Origin: Eledone cirrhosa
Lineage: Eukaryota
Assembly (NCBI GenBank): GCA_964016885.1
Contig: OZ024745.1
Span: 109,616,001-109,680,000 of the forward strand
Direction: 5' to 3'
DNA: 64,000 bases
Part shown: positions 32,890-49,482 of the stretch, piece by piece
How the letters are laid out: the number at the start of each line of letters is the position of its first letter
Numbering within the stretch: the first letter of the stretch is position 1
Notes under the pieces: model-generated
Told to the model about the DNA's origin: nothing
Database searches by the model: none
Seen by the model: the letters and a program-made list of their open reading frames with translations, nothing else
Made by a program: the position numbers and the translations under genes

Positions 32890-33070
32890 ACTGATATATA
32901 TATATATATATATGCATACACACACATAATGTGTGTGTGTCTGTGTCTGTGGATAGAAAGACAAGCATATTTTTTGTAAAAGATCAAGGCAGAAAGGACA
33001 AGAAATATGACAAAATTAAATACACAAGCTGAGAGAAGTTGTGAGAGAATGTGATAGACAGATAGAGGAC

Positions 33071-33127
<57 letters not shown>

Positions 33128-33435
33128 GTGGACAGCATATAGATAGATAAAGAATGAATGACATAGAGACTTGGTTGATGTACTTCTGTCACTATTGCTG
33201 TTGATGATGATTGCTATTGTAATAATATGAAGATGACAGTAAATGATGATGATTATAGTGACAGTAATGATACAATGATGATCATAATCATGATATCCAC
33301 ATACCAGAGACTCTTTAAATATCAAAGAATAGAAGGGACAGGTCAACAGATTTTATAACAAGGCCAATGAGGGAATAGATATACTTGAACACCAAATAAT
33401 GTCCAGGTTTTTTTTCAGACTGAACTTCAAGAAAT

Positions 33436-33627
33436 AATTGTTTCTACTTTTGGCACAAGGCCAGCAATTATCCCAGTGTATTTCTGGTACTTTATTTTAT
33501 CGACCCCATAAGGATGAAAGGCAAAGTTATCCTCGGCGGGATTTGAACTCAGACCATAAAGGGCCGTAACTCTTTGCTGCAAAGCATGGCATCCGACCCT
33601 CTACCGATACTGCCAATCCACCGCCCT
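33436..33627 (-). mobile_element. SINE family B with a 15-bp TSD
   Basis: cttcaagaaataatt at 33425-33439 and 33626-33640. Confidence 0.9.
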
Positions 33628-33794
33628 TCAAGAAATAATTTTAGCCAATAAAAGCTAACAAAGGAACTTCTATGTGGTCAATCATTCTACTAGAAATAGC
33701 AGTCATATCATCCCACAAATAATTTAACACTTTAGGAAAAAGAAGTACACATTTCACTAGAGATTCCAAACCTTTTCACTATACTATAAAGTTA

Positions 33795-34000
33795 AAGTCT
33801 GTCCTAAGAGGCTAATCATGTTGGAGTGTATCCTGGTTTCTTTGGTGTTAATTGACTGAAAGTAGAAGACCTTCCTCTGGACAGGACGTCTGTCTATCTC
33901 AGGGTTAACCCCCAGGTCATGGCACTCTTTTCTTTTTAGCTTAGTGTACTAGATCACCACTCAGTCTGGGATTCAAATCTATGACCCCATGATCATGAGC
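33795..34000 (-). mobile_element. Old decayed SINE-like repeat
   Basis: tatcctggtttc...cagggttaacccccag...gggattcaaatc resembles, from memory, the antisense of widespread invertebrate tRNA-SINEs. Confidence 0.35.
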
Positions 34001-34195
34001 CAGACTCAGACTCAGAAGCTCCCGTGTCTTGCGACGCATGAGGCAATCATAGTGTTCCATCGCGTTCGGTCAGCAGCCAGCTGCCCAGCGTCCCGCAATT
34101 GTCTGTTTGTTGCTCGCAGGTCCCTCTCAACTGTCTGGTGCCAGTTCATATTGGGTCGCCCTCTCCATCTGCTTCCCTGCGGGCTCCAGACACTA
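34001..34195 (-). mobile_element. LINE 3' fragment of a separate RTE/RTEX-type family
   Basis: WSPQGSRWRGRPNMNWHQTVERDL...AADRTRW matches the RTE C-terminal W.P.G.R.RGRP...W...DL...A.DR..W pattern; (CTGAGT)n tail. Confidence 0.7.
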
Positions 34196-35393
34196 ACCAT
34201 TAAATCCCATGCCAACACTTTCACTACCAAAGACCACTTTTATTTAAATGACTATTTCTACAGCAACCTCCTCAACTACAATTATTCACTTCTCAGATTA
34301 TTATAAAGTGAGAATAACAATCAACAGAAAAAGTTGTTTATATTTAGAGATGAATGGATACGCAATAGTGTGTGCATATATTTTGAACAAAGTAATTGAA
34401 ATTTTGTACTTAGCTCACAGATCCCCAGCACTAGAGGCTGAGAACTGCTGCACTGTATAACCAAGATAGATAAAATGATGTGAGGATCATGGTTAGAAAG
34501 ACTTTTGATGGTATGTCTGCTCAAGCAGGGTTAAATAAACAAAAACAATCACATATTCAGGTATTAAAGTGTTCACGCATTATCAAAGTTTAGAGTTAGC
34601 AAGGCTTTAACCCTTTCAATTTCATATGTCTAATGAAATATATTGCTTATGTTTCAATTAATTTTGAAAATAAGTAAATATTTGAAGGAATTAAATAAAA
34701 ATAACTACATTTTTCATTAATAAGCTGATATTTAAAACATTACTTTCAAAAAAATCTCTGAAATAAAATTATGATGTAAGGTTTTAATATAAGGACAAAC
34801 ATTTTAAAATTTGCAATTATGGATCATCAAACAAGGGCAGTTTCAGGCAGTTTAGTATTAGAAGTGTCAAGATAGCTAAAATCAGCTTCTAGTTACAGTT
34901 AGACTTTGTTTATCAAAAATGAGGCAGACAGAAATTGTTTAGTTTGGATAACTGATTGTTCAGATACCTGATTGTTCAGATAACTGATTGTTCAGATAAC
35001 TGATATGATCATAAATAAAAGAAGCCAGACAGAATATAATTACATAAAAAAGCATGTTAATGAAACTGTTGTCATTCATTTGATAAAATATTGTACTTTT
35101 GTTTAATATTCAAAGTATTTTCTGCATGATCCAAACACTGCATTCCAAGTTCAAATTGACCATCAATAATATTCACTTTCTCTTCATAGACATGGTAATA
35201 AAAGACTCGATGGTATCAAAGGCATACTTGGCTTAAAGATATAGAATGAATAAAGACACACTGCTGACTTTTTTATGCTGTCAAATCAAGTCATTTTTAT
35301 GTGTTAAAATTATTTTAACATTGTTTCATCCTTTAGCATTTGATCCTTTAGCATTTACATTACTTTCTATGTATTATAATATTTTCACCGTGA

Positions 35394-35789
35394 AGGGCGG
35401 TGGATTGGCAGTATCGGTAGAGGGTCGGACGCCATGCTTTGCAGCATATAGTTACACCCCTTTATGATCTGAGTTCAAATCCCGCCGAGGTTAACTTTGC
35501 CTTTCATCCTTACGGGGTCGATAAAATAAAGTACCAGTAATGTACTGGCTAATTGATGGCCTTGTGCCAAAAGTAGAAAGAATTATTATATAAAGGCAGT
35601 GGATTGGCAATATCGGTAGAGGGTCGGACACCATGCTTTGCAGCAAAGAGTTACGGCCCTTTATGGTCTGAGTTCAAATCCCGCCGAGGTTAACTTTGCC
35701 TTTCATCCTTATGGGGTCGATAAAATAAAGTACCAGTAATACACTGGGATAATTGCTGGCCTTGTGCCAAAAGTAGAAACAATTATTAT
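35394..35789 (+). mobile_element. Two tandem SINE family B copies
   Basis: 35394-35589 and 35595-35789. Confidence 0.85.
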
Positions 35790-36182
35790 ATAAATATATA
35801 TATTTGTATACACACACACATGTATGCAAACATACACAAACACACACATACATGCATAAGTACCCCCACCACCACCACCACACACACACACACATATATA
35901 CACAGGTTCAGAAATTCATGCACATGTACATATACACACACTTCAAACATGCTTGAGATTTTTTTTATACAAAAGAAAAGTTACATCGGATATGAAAGTG
36001 TGTGCATGTATACATGTGAGTGTATGTATGTGTGTGTGTGTGTGTATGTGTGTATGTGTGTATGTGTGTGTGTGTATATATGTATGTGTGTGTGTGTGTG
36101 TGTGTGTGTATGAAAAAGCATATGAACATGTGTGTACATAATGCCTTTATGCATGTGATTGAATGTGTGTACATGTGTGTTA

Positions 36183-36215
<33 letters not shown>

Positions 36216-36257
36216 TGCATGGGAGCTAATGCGTGTGTGTGAACATAGGACCCAATC

Positions 36258-36288
<31 letters not shown>

Positions 36289-37244
36289 ATGTGCATATGT
36301 GCAGGAACGCATGTGAACCAGTGTGTGTGTGTATGTGTATATATAAGCTTTTGTGCTTGTGTGTGTTTGTGTGTTCACTTTAAAGTGTTCATGCAAGCAT
36401 GTTTATAAATTTCTCTCAAGAAAACCTTCAGTTGTATTCTTAAAGTCAGTATGTTATTTTATGCACACTAGCGTGTGCACATACAGCTGTAAATGTGCAC
36501 TCATGCATGTAAATTCTTATGTATATCTCATAGTTTTGTATATTAATTTCTGTGAATTTTTATATATGGCTCTCTTTTACACAAATACATACAGGCACAA
36601 ACTCCGTCATCTGAGAATTTCTACCCATTAATTTAACTATATATATATATATATGTGTACATATGTATGTATATATATATGTGTGTGTGTGTGTACATAT
36701 ATATATATATATATACATACATGTAAGATCATATAAATGAATACAGAAAAAGTTACATAGATTAATATCAACACAACTTTAAGATAAAATGCATATACAT
36801 CCACATTTTTTTTGTTTCAACAATTGGTGCCAGATTTCTCATATATCTAAATTTCAAATAAAGTTACTCAATTGAACAACAACAATAAGAAGAGTGCTAA
36901 CAACTAACTAGATTTAGGCAATTTTTTGGGCAACTACAATTGTAAAAATGGTTGATAAACAAAAATAAAATATTTTAAAATATTCTTTTTCCAAAATATA
37001 TATATCGTTTCTTGGTTTTTGATTTTTTTTCGTTTGTTTGTTTGTTTGTTTGTTTGTCTTTTTAATTAAAATCCAGTTATGGATGATTTCAGCCCAAATC
37101 TTTTCCTGTTTTATTACAGCAGTTCAACAAATGTAGGAGTTGTTAAAGTGTGGTGTTACATGTCCATCTGTTATAGATCCATTTCCTTTCTACTGGTGGC
37201 AATGTTGAAGCTACATATATGATATAGTGATAGTCAGGGACAGA

Positions 37245-38140
37245 TTAACCCTTTAGCTTTTAAACTGTGGGTGACAACAGTGGGAGTTTGGCTCTTCCGT
37301 GTTCGGACACATTGCCCCTGTCAAGAGTGTATTTTCATACTTGTGACCGAATAATTCATTTGGCATGTGGCAGTGGTACTGACTGTGTTTCAGTTAACAG
37401 CTATGAAAGAAAAGCGAAGCTTTAGTCTATAATGCAAGCACATATATGCTCATAATATATCGTCAGTCGATCGACTTTCGTCAAATCGGACCGAGGAAAC
37501 AATGTTTCCATGGGTATTTCCAATTTCTAATACTCTCTACCGGTCGCAACTCCAGGTAGAAGGAGCAACGTGAAATAAAGTGTCTTGCTCAAGGACATAA
37601 CGCATCACCTGGTCTGGGAATCGAAATCACAACCCAACGATTGCAAACCCAATTCTCTTACCACACAGCCACTTACTATAGATACACTTGAAATATCTGA
37701 AGTTGGATTTTACTTCAATTTCTTTGTAGCCAACTGTTTGTATCTGGCCAGAATTCTCTCACCTCTTTCTGTTCAAACCAGCTGTAACTGGCTTCTCATC
37801 CAACATTAAGGTATTCTTCTCAAAATAAATAATATCAAAATTTCATAGATTTAACATTATGTGAGATTAGGGCGGTGGATTGGCAGTATCGGTGGAGAGT
37901 CGGACGCCATGCTTTCCAGCATAGTTACGTCCCTTTACGATCTGAGTTCAAATCCTGCCGAGGTTAACTTTGCCTTTCATCCTTACGGGGTCGATAAAAT
38001 AAAGTACCAGTAATACACTGGGTAATTGCTGGCCTTGTGCCTAAAGTAGAAACAATTATGTGAGATAATTATGTGAGATAATGCCTTTATCACAAAAATA
38101 CAATAGTATATATAGAGTAATATGAATGCTAAAGGATTAA
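37245..38140 (+). mobile_element. TTAA-flanked (piggyBac-like) MITE carrying two nested insertions
   Basis: TTAAccctttagc at 37245 and gctaaaggaTTAA ending 38140; internal sequence matches 22793-23349; inserts at ~37268-37730 and 37869-38054. Confidence 0.6.
37869..38058 (+). mobile_element. SINE family B with TSD attatgtgagat
   Basis: TSD at 37856-37867, repeated twice downstream (38055-38066, 38068-38079). Confidence 0.9.
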
Positions 38141-38477
38141 AGAAGTCTGAAGGGACTGTATCTAGAGTACTAGGGGACCCATAATATTTAAATGGCCTCC
38201 AAATTGATTTTTCTGCTAACATAAATAGTATGTAAGGTATAATGATGGCAGTATTATTAATGGTAGAGTGATGGAACAGTGCTAGTTTGTTATTAACTCT
38301 TAACATCCTGTACCACATGAAACCACATTATTAGTTAAACATTCTTGAAAAGTACAAAACTGTACCATGGCTGCATTATATTAAAAATTAAAGTCTTAAT
38401 TTAGTTTACTGCAAATTTTCACAAATAACAGCTGTGGACATGCTTATAAAACCAGAAAACAGTACAGCTCCCATGAC

Positions 38478-38765
38478 TTTTGGAAACATTTCTTCATGCT
38501 CAGCGTTGCTGAAGCATGGAACAAACTACCTGCATCAGTTGTTAGCTGTCGGGACACTGCATCCTTAAAAACTTCCATGCTTTGTGAAATTCACCAACCC
38601 TACACCTGATATTCCCCGTCCATACACATGAAAGCATGTATCTGTGTATACATCATGACTCAAACACTGTTCACTTTCCTGACATTTGTACGTTATTCTA
38701 TGTATTACACATGCACCTTTGATGAGTTGTAGTGCACCTGAGCAGTGTACACAATAATTTTGCAT
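38478..38765 (+). mobile_element. Decayed CR1-like LINE 3' end
   Basis: Homologous to the reverse complement of 24606-24835 (catttcttc...gaagcatggaacaaactacctgcatcagttgttagc). Confidence 0.8.
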
Positions 38766-39099
38766 TTGTTTTATTTGTCCAGTAGTAAAGATACAGTAAA
38801 CAGTTGAATTACTGAACCTATTTTTAACGATATTTTCTTCTAAGTCATTACATGATGTTAAGAGTTAATTGCAATGTTTCGATGTTCTTTACTCAATTGG
38901 GGTGAAAAAAAAAAGAAGACAATTAGAAATACAAAGACAGCAAGTGAGTGTTAATGATTTAAGTGTTGAATAAGAGCAGCGACAGCAGCAACTCTAATAG
39001 CAACAGCAGCACTGTCAACAGCAGCACTGCCAACAGGAGCACTGTCACCAACAGCAATCAAACAGAATCTTTGCTATAGCAGCAATAGCATAGGAGTTA

Positions 39100-40080
39100 A
39101 TGATGGGGTAGGGAGTGTTTGTGGTTGTGGTTGTGGTTGTAATGGTAAGGATGGTGGGGGGAGTGATAGCAGTAGAAGTGGGGATGGTAGTGTTGGTGGT
39201 TGTGGTGACAATGGTGATGAGTTATAATGGTGATGATTGTGATGGTGTTAGTGGTGGTGGTAGTGGTGATGGTAGTGGTGGCGATGATTGTGGTGGTGGT
39301 AGTGGTGATGGTAGTGGTGGCGATGATTGTGGTGGTGGTAGTGGTGATGGTAGTGGTGGCGATGATTATGGTGGTGGTAGTGGTGATGGTAGTGGTGGCG
39401 ATGATTGTGGTGGTGGTAGTGGTGATGGTAGTGGTGGCGATGATTATGGTGGTGGTAGTGGTGATGGTAGTGGTGGCGATGATTGTCGTGGTGGTAGTGG
39501 TGGTGGTAGTGGTGGCCATGATTGTCGTGGTGGTAGTGGTGATGGTAGTGGTGGGCATGATTGTGGTGGTGGTAGTGGTGATAGTAGTGGTGGCCATGAT
39601 TGTGGTGATGCTAGTGGCGATGATTGTGGTGGTGGTAATGGTGATGGTTGTGGTGGTGGTAGTGGTGGTGGTGGTGGTAATGGTGATGGTTGTGGCAGTG
39701 GTGGTGATGATTGCAGTGGTAATGATTGTGATGGTAGTGATGATGATTGCAGTGGTGGTAGTGGTGATGATTGTGGTGGTAGTGGTGATGATTGTGGTGG
39801 TAGTGGTGGTAGTGATGGCAGTAGTGGTGATGATTGTGGCAGTGGTGGTGGTGGTGGTGATGATTGTGGTGGTGGTAGTGATGATTGTGGCAGTGGTGGT
39901 GGTGATGATTGTGGCAGTGGTGGTGGTGATGATTGTGGTGGTGGTGGTGATGATTGTGGCAGTGGTGGTGGTGATGATAGTGGTGAGTTATAATGATGGT
40001 GGTGGTGGTGGTGATGATAATGGTGGTGAGTTATAATGATGGCGGTGGTGGTGGTGGTGGTGGTGGTGAAGGTAATGGTG
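39100..40080. repeat. (GGT/GAT)-based micro/minisatellite (~39-bp unit in 39250-39600)
   Basis: Seen directly. Confidence 0.9.
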
Positions 40081-40349
40081 TAGTGAAGGAGTGGTTAAAG
40101 ATGATTTAGGTTGTCGTTTTCCCATTGTTAGTCGTCAGCATGCCCCCAGTGCACCCGAAAGACTGGCATTAAGTATGCATTTATAAGTGATATTAAGGAA
40201 GCTGGGCAAAGGACCCCGCTAATCCGCAGTCAATTCCCACATATCAAGACATAAATATAAACATAAATAGAAATGGAAATAGAAAAAGAAAAAAAGAAAA
40301 AAGAAAAGAAAAAGTGTCGGGTTGAGTGTGAATCTTAAGAGGTGAGACA

Positions 40350-43050
<2,701 letters not shown>

Positions 43051-43619
43051 TATTCACTAATATAGAAGAATGAGAAGATAATGTTTACCGTTTTTCTGTC
43101 GAAATCAATCAGCTATTTATTTCCTCCAATTAGTCTGCGACAGAAAAGCAGGAAGACAAATCAAAGAGATGTTAAATTGTCTGAACAACTCCCTTTATTG
43201 CTAAACAGTTAACATCTTTCATTAGTGTCGTGGCTGTAAATCCAAGGTCCCTGTATGCCAACCAATAGTGCCTCTAATCGCTGCTCGGTTGCTCATAATA
43301 AATGGAGCCATTCTAACAGTCAACTACTCAACTCTGTCTCGTCTTTCACAAATATCTTTGAGAGGAGGTTAATTTTGTCTGATTAGCATTGACATTCTGC
43401 TAAATCCTCTTCAGAAATTGAAAACAATAAAAAAATATTTTTAAAATGTTTATAAAACACATTGAGAATAGATTTATAATAATAAAAACAACAAAAAAAC
43501 AACAACAACAACAAAAAAAGAAGAAAAAAAACAGACACATACACACATAGAGAAAAATGGACGGAAATTGTGTGCGTGTGTGTATATATATGTATATATT
43601 ATATGTATATATATATATA

Positions 43620-44779
<1,160 letters not shown>

Positions 44780-45179
44780 CATATAAATGAGAGGTATAGA
44801 GATTGTTTTAGCAAGAAGCTAACGGCATTCTATAACATATATGCGACTATAACGTCAAGATGGGAAAAGTAGTTAACGAAAGATTTAGGAAATACATATA
44901 TATATATATATGTATATATATAAATGGAAAAAATGAAATTTCACTTCTCACTCTAAGTACAGCTGATACTTAAATATAAGTATGTTTACATACATACATA
45001 TATGTATACAGACCTACAGTAGTATGTATATACATACATGCACACACATATATATATGTACGTATGGGTTTACTGAACATTTATTATAATGTTCGGTTTG
45101 TTTGTAAACAAACATCCCGAATTAAGCCGTACAGTGTTCGGCAACCATCGTTGCCCTTTTGCTCAACACTGATAAAGGA

Positions 45180-45222
45180 ACGATGAACTAGTTTCTAGCT
45201 TATTAGCTGTCATCAGCACCAT
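45180..45222 (-). ncRNA. Minimal type I hammerhead ribozyme, palindromic helix III (ACUAGU)
   Basis: Minus strand: atggtg-CTGATGA-c-agct-aata-agct-a-GAAA-ctag-TT-catcgt; helix I 6 bp with two G.U pairs. Confidence 0.75.
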
Positions 45223-45274
45223 ATACCTTCCTGTCAGTCGATTGAACGTTTGAAAGTATATACTTTCCTTATGC

Positions 45275-45520
45275 ATATTAACGGCTGAGCAGCCTAATTT
45301 GCATATCGAGTGAGTTAGTCAGCCGGGCATACAGAAAACGATAAATGGAAAAAATGAAATTTCATTTCTCACTCTTAGTACGGCTGATACTTAAATATAA
45401 GTATGTATATATCAGACGTACTTAGAGTGAGAAATAAAATTTCATATTTTCAATTTATCGTTTTTGGTACGCCCAGCCGACTAACTGACTCGATATGCAA
45501 GGCTGCTCAGCCGTTAATAT
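45275..45520. repeat. Diverged fold-back inverted repeat (~110-115-bp arms)
   Basis: 45275-45389 versus 45410-45520; part of the left arm is also repeated directly at ~44921-44984. Confidence 0.85.
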
Positions 45521-45532
45521 ATATATATATAT

Positions 45533-46170
45533 ATCATCATCATCATCAGCATCAACGTTTAACGTCCGTGTTCCACGCTTGCATGGGTTTGGACGGGGGT
45601 AGTCCCACTTGAGGCAAGAGTGATTGTCTTGCTCGCATAGGACTGTCTGGCAGGTTTTCTACAGTTGGATGCCCTTCCTAACACCAACCACATTTACAGT
45701 GTGGGTCTGGGAGGTTTTTACCATGTTGCCTACACGGCCACATTACAGCGTGGACTGTGTGTTTTTTTGTCGTGACACCTACACGATCTCATTTGTTTCG
45801 GCCTGGATGGTGTGGCACCAACATAACTTTACATAGAAGGGGGGTGGTGTGGATGGGGTGGGACGGGGTGTATTTTGTTAGAGATGCCTACTGGCTGTAG
45901 TAGGTTTTACTATGTATTTAGGTAAGGCGGGTCTTCTCTATTACTGAGTACCGCCAAAGGTCTCGGTCCAGTGACATTGTCTTGGAGAGGTGTAAGTGTG
46001 TGAGGTCGGAATTTATCAGCTCGTCCCAGGTTTTTCTAGGTCTGCCTATTCCGTGGCTACCGTCTATCCTTATTGCCCTGCACTTTGTTATACAGCTATC
46101 GACTTTCATGCGCATCACGTGTCCATACCAACGTAGCCTTCTCTCGAGTAAACAACATCTGATCCCTCTT
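45533..46170 (-). mobile_element. RTE subfamily 2, 5'-truncated copy in (TA)n
   Basis: Encodes [26 protein letters not shown]...DRDLWRYSV; homologous to 27832-28420. Confidence 0.9.
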
Positions 46171-46180
46171 TATATATATA

Positions 46181-46224
<44 letters not shown>

Positions 46225-46226
<2 letters not shown>

Positions 46227-46574
46227 GAGGCACATGGCTTAGTGGTTAGAGGAGCATTGGCCTTGCAATCAAAAGGTTGTGAGTTCAATTCTCAGACCGG
46301 GTGATGTGTTGTTTCCTTGAGCAAGACACTTTATTTCACATTGCTCCAGTTTGCTCAGCTGTAGAAATGAGATGATAGGGACTGAGGTCCCTATCATTCC
46401 ACTGTAAAGTGGTCGTGTAGGTGCCATGGCAAAAAAGCACCCACCACTCACTGTAAATGTGGTTGGTGTTAGGAAGGGCATCCAGCTGTAGAAATCAAGC
46501 CAGAATCAGTTCCTGTCCCACCCTTGCGAGCAGGGAAAAAGCGAACGTAAAAATAAAATGAAATGAAATGAAAA
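46225..46574 (+). mobile_element. SINE family A (CORE-SINE, RTE tail)
   Basis: A/B boxes, CORE-like domain, RTE-like tail, (GAAAT)n end. Confidence 0.85.
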
Positions 46575-46619
46575 TATATATATATATATATATATATGTG
46601 TATATATATATATATATCC

Positions 46620-46904
46620 TCCACATGGGATAGCCCGACCTACCCATTCTAGCGTGGAAGATGGATGTTAAACGATGATGATTTTCATCATCATCATCGT
46701 TTAACGTCCATCTTCCACGCTTGCATGGGTTTGGACGCGAATTTTCCCACTTGAGGCAAGATTGGTTGTCTTGCTCGTATAGGACTGTCTGGCGGGCTTT
46801 CTATGGCTGGATGCCCTTCCTAATACCAACCACGTTTACAGTGTGGACTGGGAGGTTTTTACCGTGTTACCTACACGGCCACATTACAGCATGGACTGTG
46901 TGTT

Positions 46905-46939
<35 letters not shown>

Positions 46940-47172
46940 GGAGATAGAAAGAGAATTTTCCCACTTGAGGCAAGATTGGTTGTCTTGCTCATATAGGACT
47001 GTCTGGCGGGTTTTCTATGGCTGGATGCCCTTCCTAATACCAACCACGTTTACAGTGTGGACTGGGAGGTTTTTACCGTGTTACCTACACGGCCACATTA
47101 CAGCATGGACTGTGTGTTTATATATATATATATACGTATATATATATAGAGAGAGAGAGGGAGATAGAAAGA
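46620..47172. mobile_element. Tail-to-tail RTE 3' ends plus a 214-bp tandem duplication of the minus-strand fragment
   Basis: gatgatgattttcatcatc junction; gaattttcccacttgagg at 46739 and 46953. Confidence 0.8.
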
Positions 47173-49087
47173 GAGAGAGAGAGAATGTAAGATGGATTAT
47201 GCACTTTAATCTTGTCTGAACTAACAAACCATTTCTCATGATTATTATAATGTAACTTGGACCGATCTGGTTAGTCATTACTCTCTATTTTACATTACTC
47301 TCTCCTATACTATCTTGTTTCTCTTACCTGTTTCTCTACACCCTGTCTCTCATAGTATAGCCCTTAAGCTTGAGAAAAACTAACTTCTTTAAATTCATGA
47401 AGGAAAGGAATGGTTGAAGTGATTTGATCATGGATCTGCTTCATCAGGATCAAACAATGAGATATACATTGTTGCTGTTGTTTAGATCTATATTCACATT
47501 AACCTAAGTGCCCTGATTCGTTTAAGACAGAAATATATGATTTGAGAGTGACCTATCTGCTATTTTTAGCAGGTCAAGTGATTGATCAGATGTTCTGATG
47601 TTGGCTCAACTTACATTACAATAGATCAGTGTGTATTTGGCTCTGCAGAGAACTGAAATTTGGAGGAAACTGTATTAGAGAAGACAGCCAGTAGACAGTC
47701 ACTGATGATGAATTTTCATGGTTGCTTTCACATGATTGTATCTCAGCTCATTGTTTAAATTTATGACTGGTTCATTAATTAATAGTTCTCAATTTTAATC
47801 ATGCAAGGAGATTAATTTACAGATAGATTAACGAAACAGAGGGATCTTATTGATGTGTTAAAATATTCTCTTTTAGACCATTCTATGCTGTCCTGCACAT
47901 TGGGCTATCTTTGGACAATTTCAATAGTATTCAAGTTTTTCTATGAGAGGAAGAGGCTACTGACTCCTTATTCAATGCTTCTCCATTTCTTGAGAAAGTG
48001 GCACTGAAAATGGTCTCCCATGATCTCCCTTGTGGTGCCAAATAGTCAGCGCTAGATTAACCATTTAGCAAAATAAGCACAATCTTAGGACATCAAAGGA
48101 AGAGGAGCACGATTTTATTCAAATTGTATTTGTTATTAAAAAAAAATGTTTTTCTGCAGACGTTACATGTCGGCTTGACACATGATGATGCTTTGTGATC
48201 ACTGGCTGAGGATGAGATCGGCCTTGTCAAGCAAGAAGAAGAAGAAGAGACTTTATATGATTGGGTGTTGGAGGCAGACACCACAATCTTTTAAGTGCTT
48301 AGGGTCCGAAAAGAACTTAATCTGGTCCTAAACATATGCAATTGAGAAAGAGAGAGGGCATGAGTAGGAAAGAGAAAAGGAGAAAGCAAGAGAAAGACAT
48401 AAGACTTGATTCCTGTACTTATCTGATATTTGCAAACATTAATTACAAGGGTATGGGCAAATATACCAACCCTTAATACTTATAAATTGCTACTTATTTC
48501 ATTTTATGTAGCTCAGAATGATAAAACACAAAGTTAACTTTTTATAGGATTTGAACTCAAAATATAAGCAGCTGTAACTAAACACCACCAGATATTTTTG
48601 CACGATGGTTCTACCAATTCTACCATCTGGCATTATATTACAGGAAATAACTTTAGCTTAAATAATGTCTTGACTAAAAAGAAAAGAAGAAAAAAAGAAG
48701 AAAATAATGAAAACATTGTTTTCCATTTGTATCTTACAGGAAACTGTAATTGAGTGAAAACCCCTCCAAACAGAATCTGTTGAAGATAATTACACAGACA
48801 TAATCAACAATGCAGAAAACAAAGAAACATGGAGAAAGAAAAGTACTTTCTGGTTGGTGTTCAGACCTGTCTCAATTATGCATATATGTTGAGGCAGACG
48901 TTGATATTTGCCCCTTATGTGATCAATAAAGTAAACTTCCAGACAAAGTAGTGGGATTGATACAATGCTGAACTTACTTATAAACTAAATAAGCTATAGC
49001 TTAGGGCCAATTTATTAAAGTATATATGTATTTTATCATTAGTTCTTATTCTTTAACAGTGAATCATCAAAGGTTATATATATATAT

Positions 49088-49482
49088 GAGGCACATGGCT
49101 TAGTGGTTAGAGCATTGGCCTTGCAATCGAAAGGTTGTGAGTTCAATTCTCAGACCGGGTGATGTCTTGTTTCCTTGAGCAAGACACTTTATTTCACATT
49201 GCTCCAGTTTACTCAGCTGTAGAAATGAGATGATAGGGATGGGGTCCATATCATTCCCCTGTAGAGTGGTCGTGGAAGTGCCACGGCAAAAAAGCACCCA
49301 CCCCACACTGTAAAGTGGTCGTGTAGGCGCCACGGAAAAAAAGCACCCAGCACTCACTGTAAATGAGGTTGGTGTTAGGAAGGGCATCCAGCTGTAGAAA
49401 TCAAGCCAAAATCAGTTCCCGTCCCACCCTTGCAAACAGGGAAAAGTGGACGTAAAATGAAATGATGATGATGATGATGATG
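49088..49482 (+). mobile_element. SINE family A, long-tail variant with two RTE 3'UTR repeat units
   Basis: 49266-49420 is collinear with RTE 53443-53592, including the internal duplication. Confidence 0.85.

Noticed and set aside
40105-40140. Minus-strand CTGACGA...GAAA
   Set aside because: Weak helix II and no helix III or helix I; treated as chance.
46225-46300. tRNA gene
   Set aside because: A/B boxes belong to the SINE A head, which continues into CORE and RTE tail; no full cloverleaf. The same applies to SINE B heads.
47702-47760. CTGATGA match
   Set aside because: No suitably placed GAAA, helix III or helix I.
48093-48295. Possible host exon (ttttctgcag acceptor; Ser-rich minus ORF)
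   Set aside because: All three plus frames stop within ~40 nt; the minus ORF has no recognisable domain or good acceptor.
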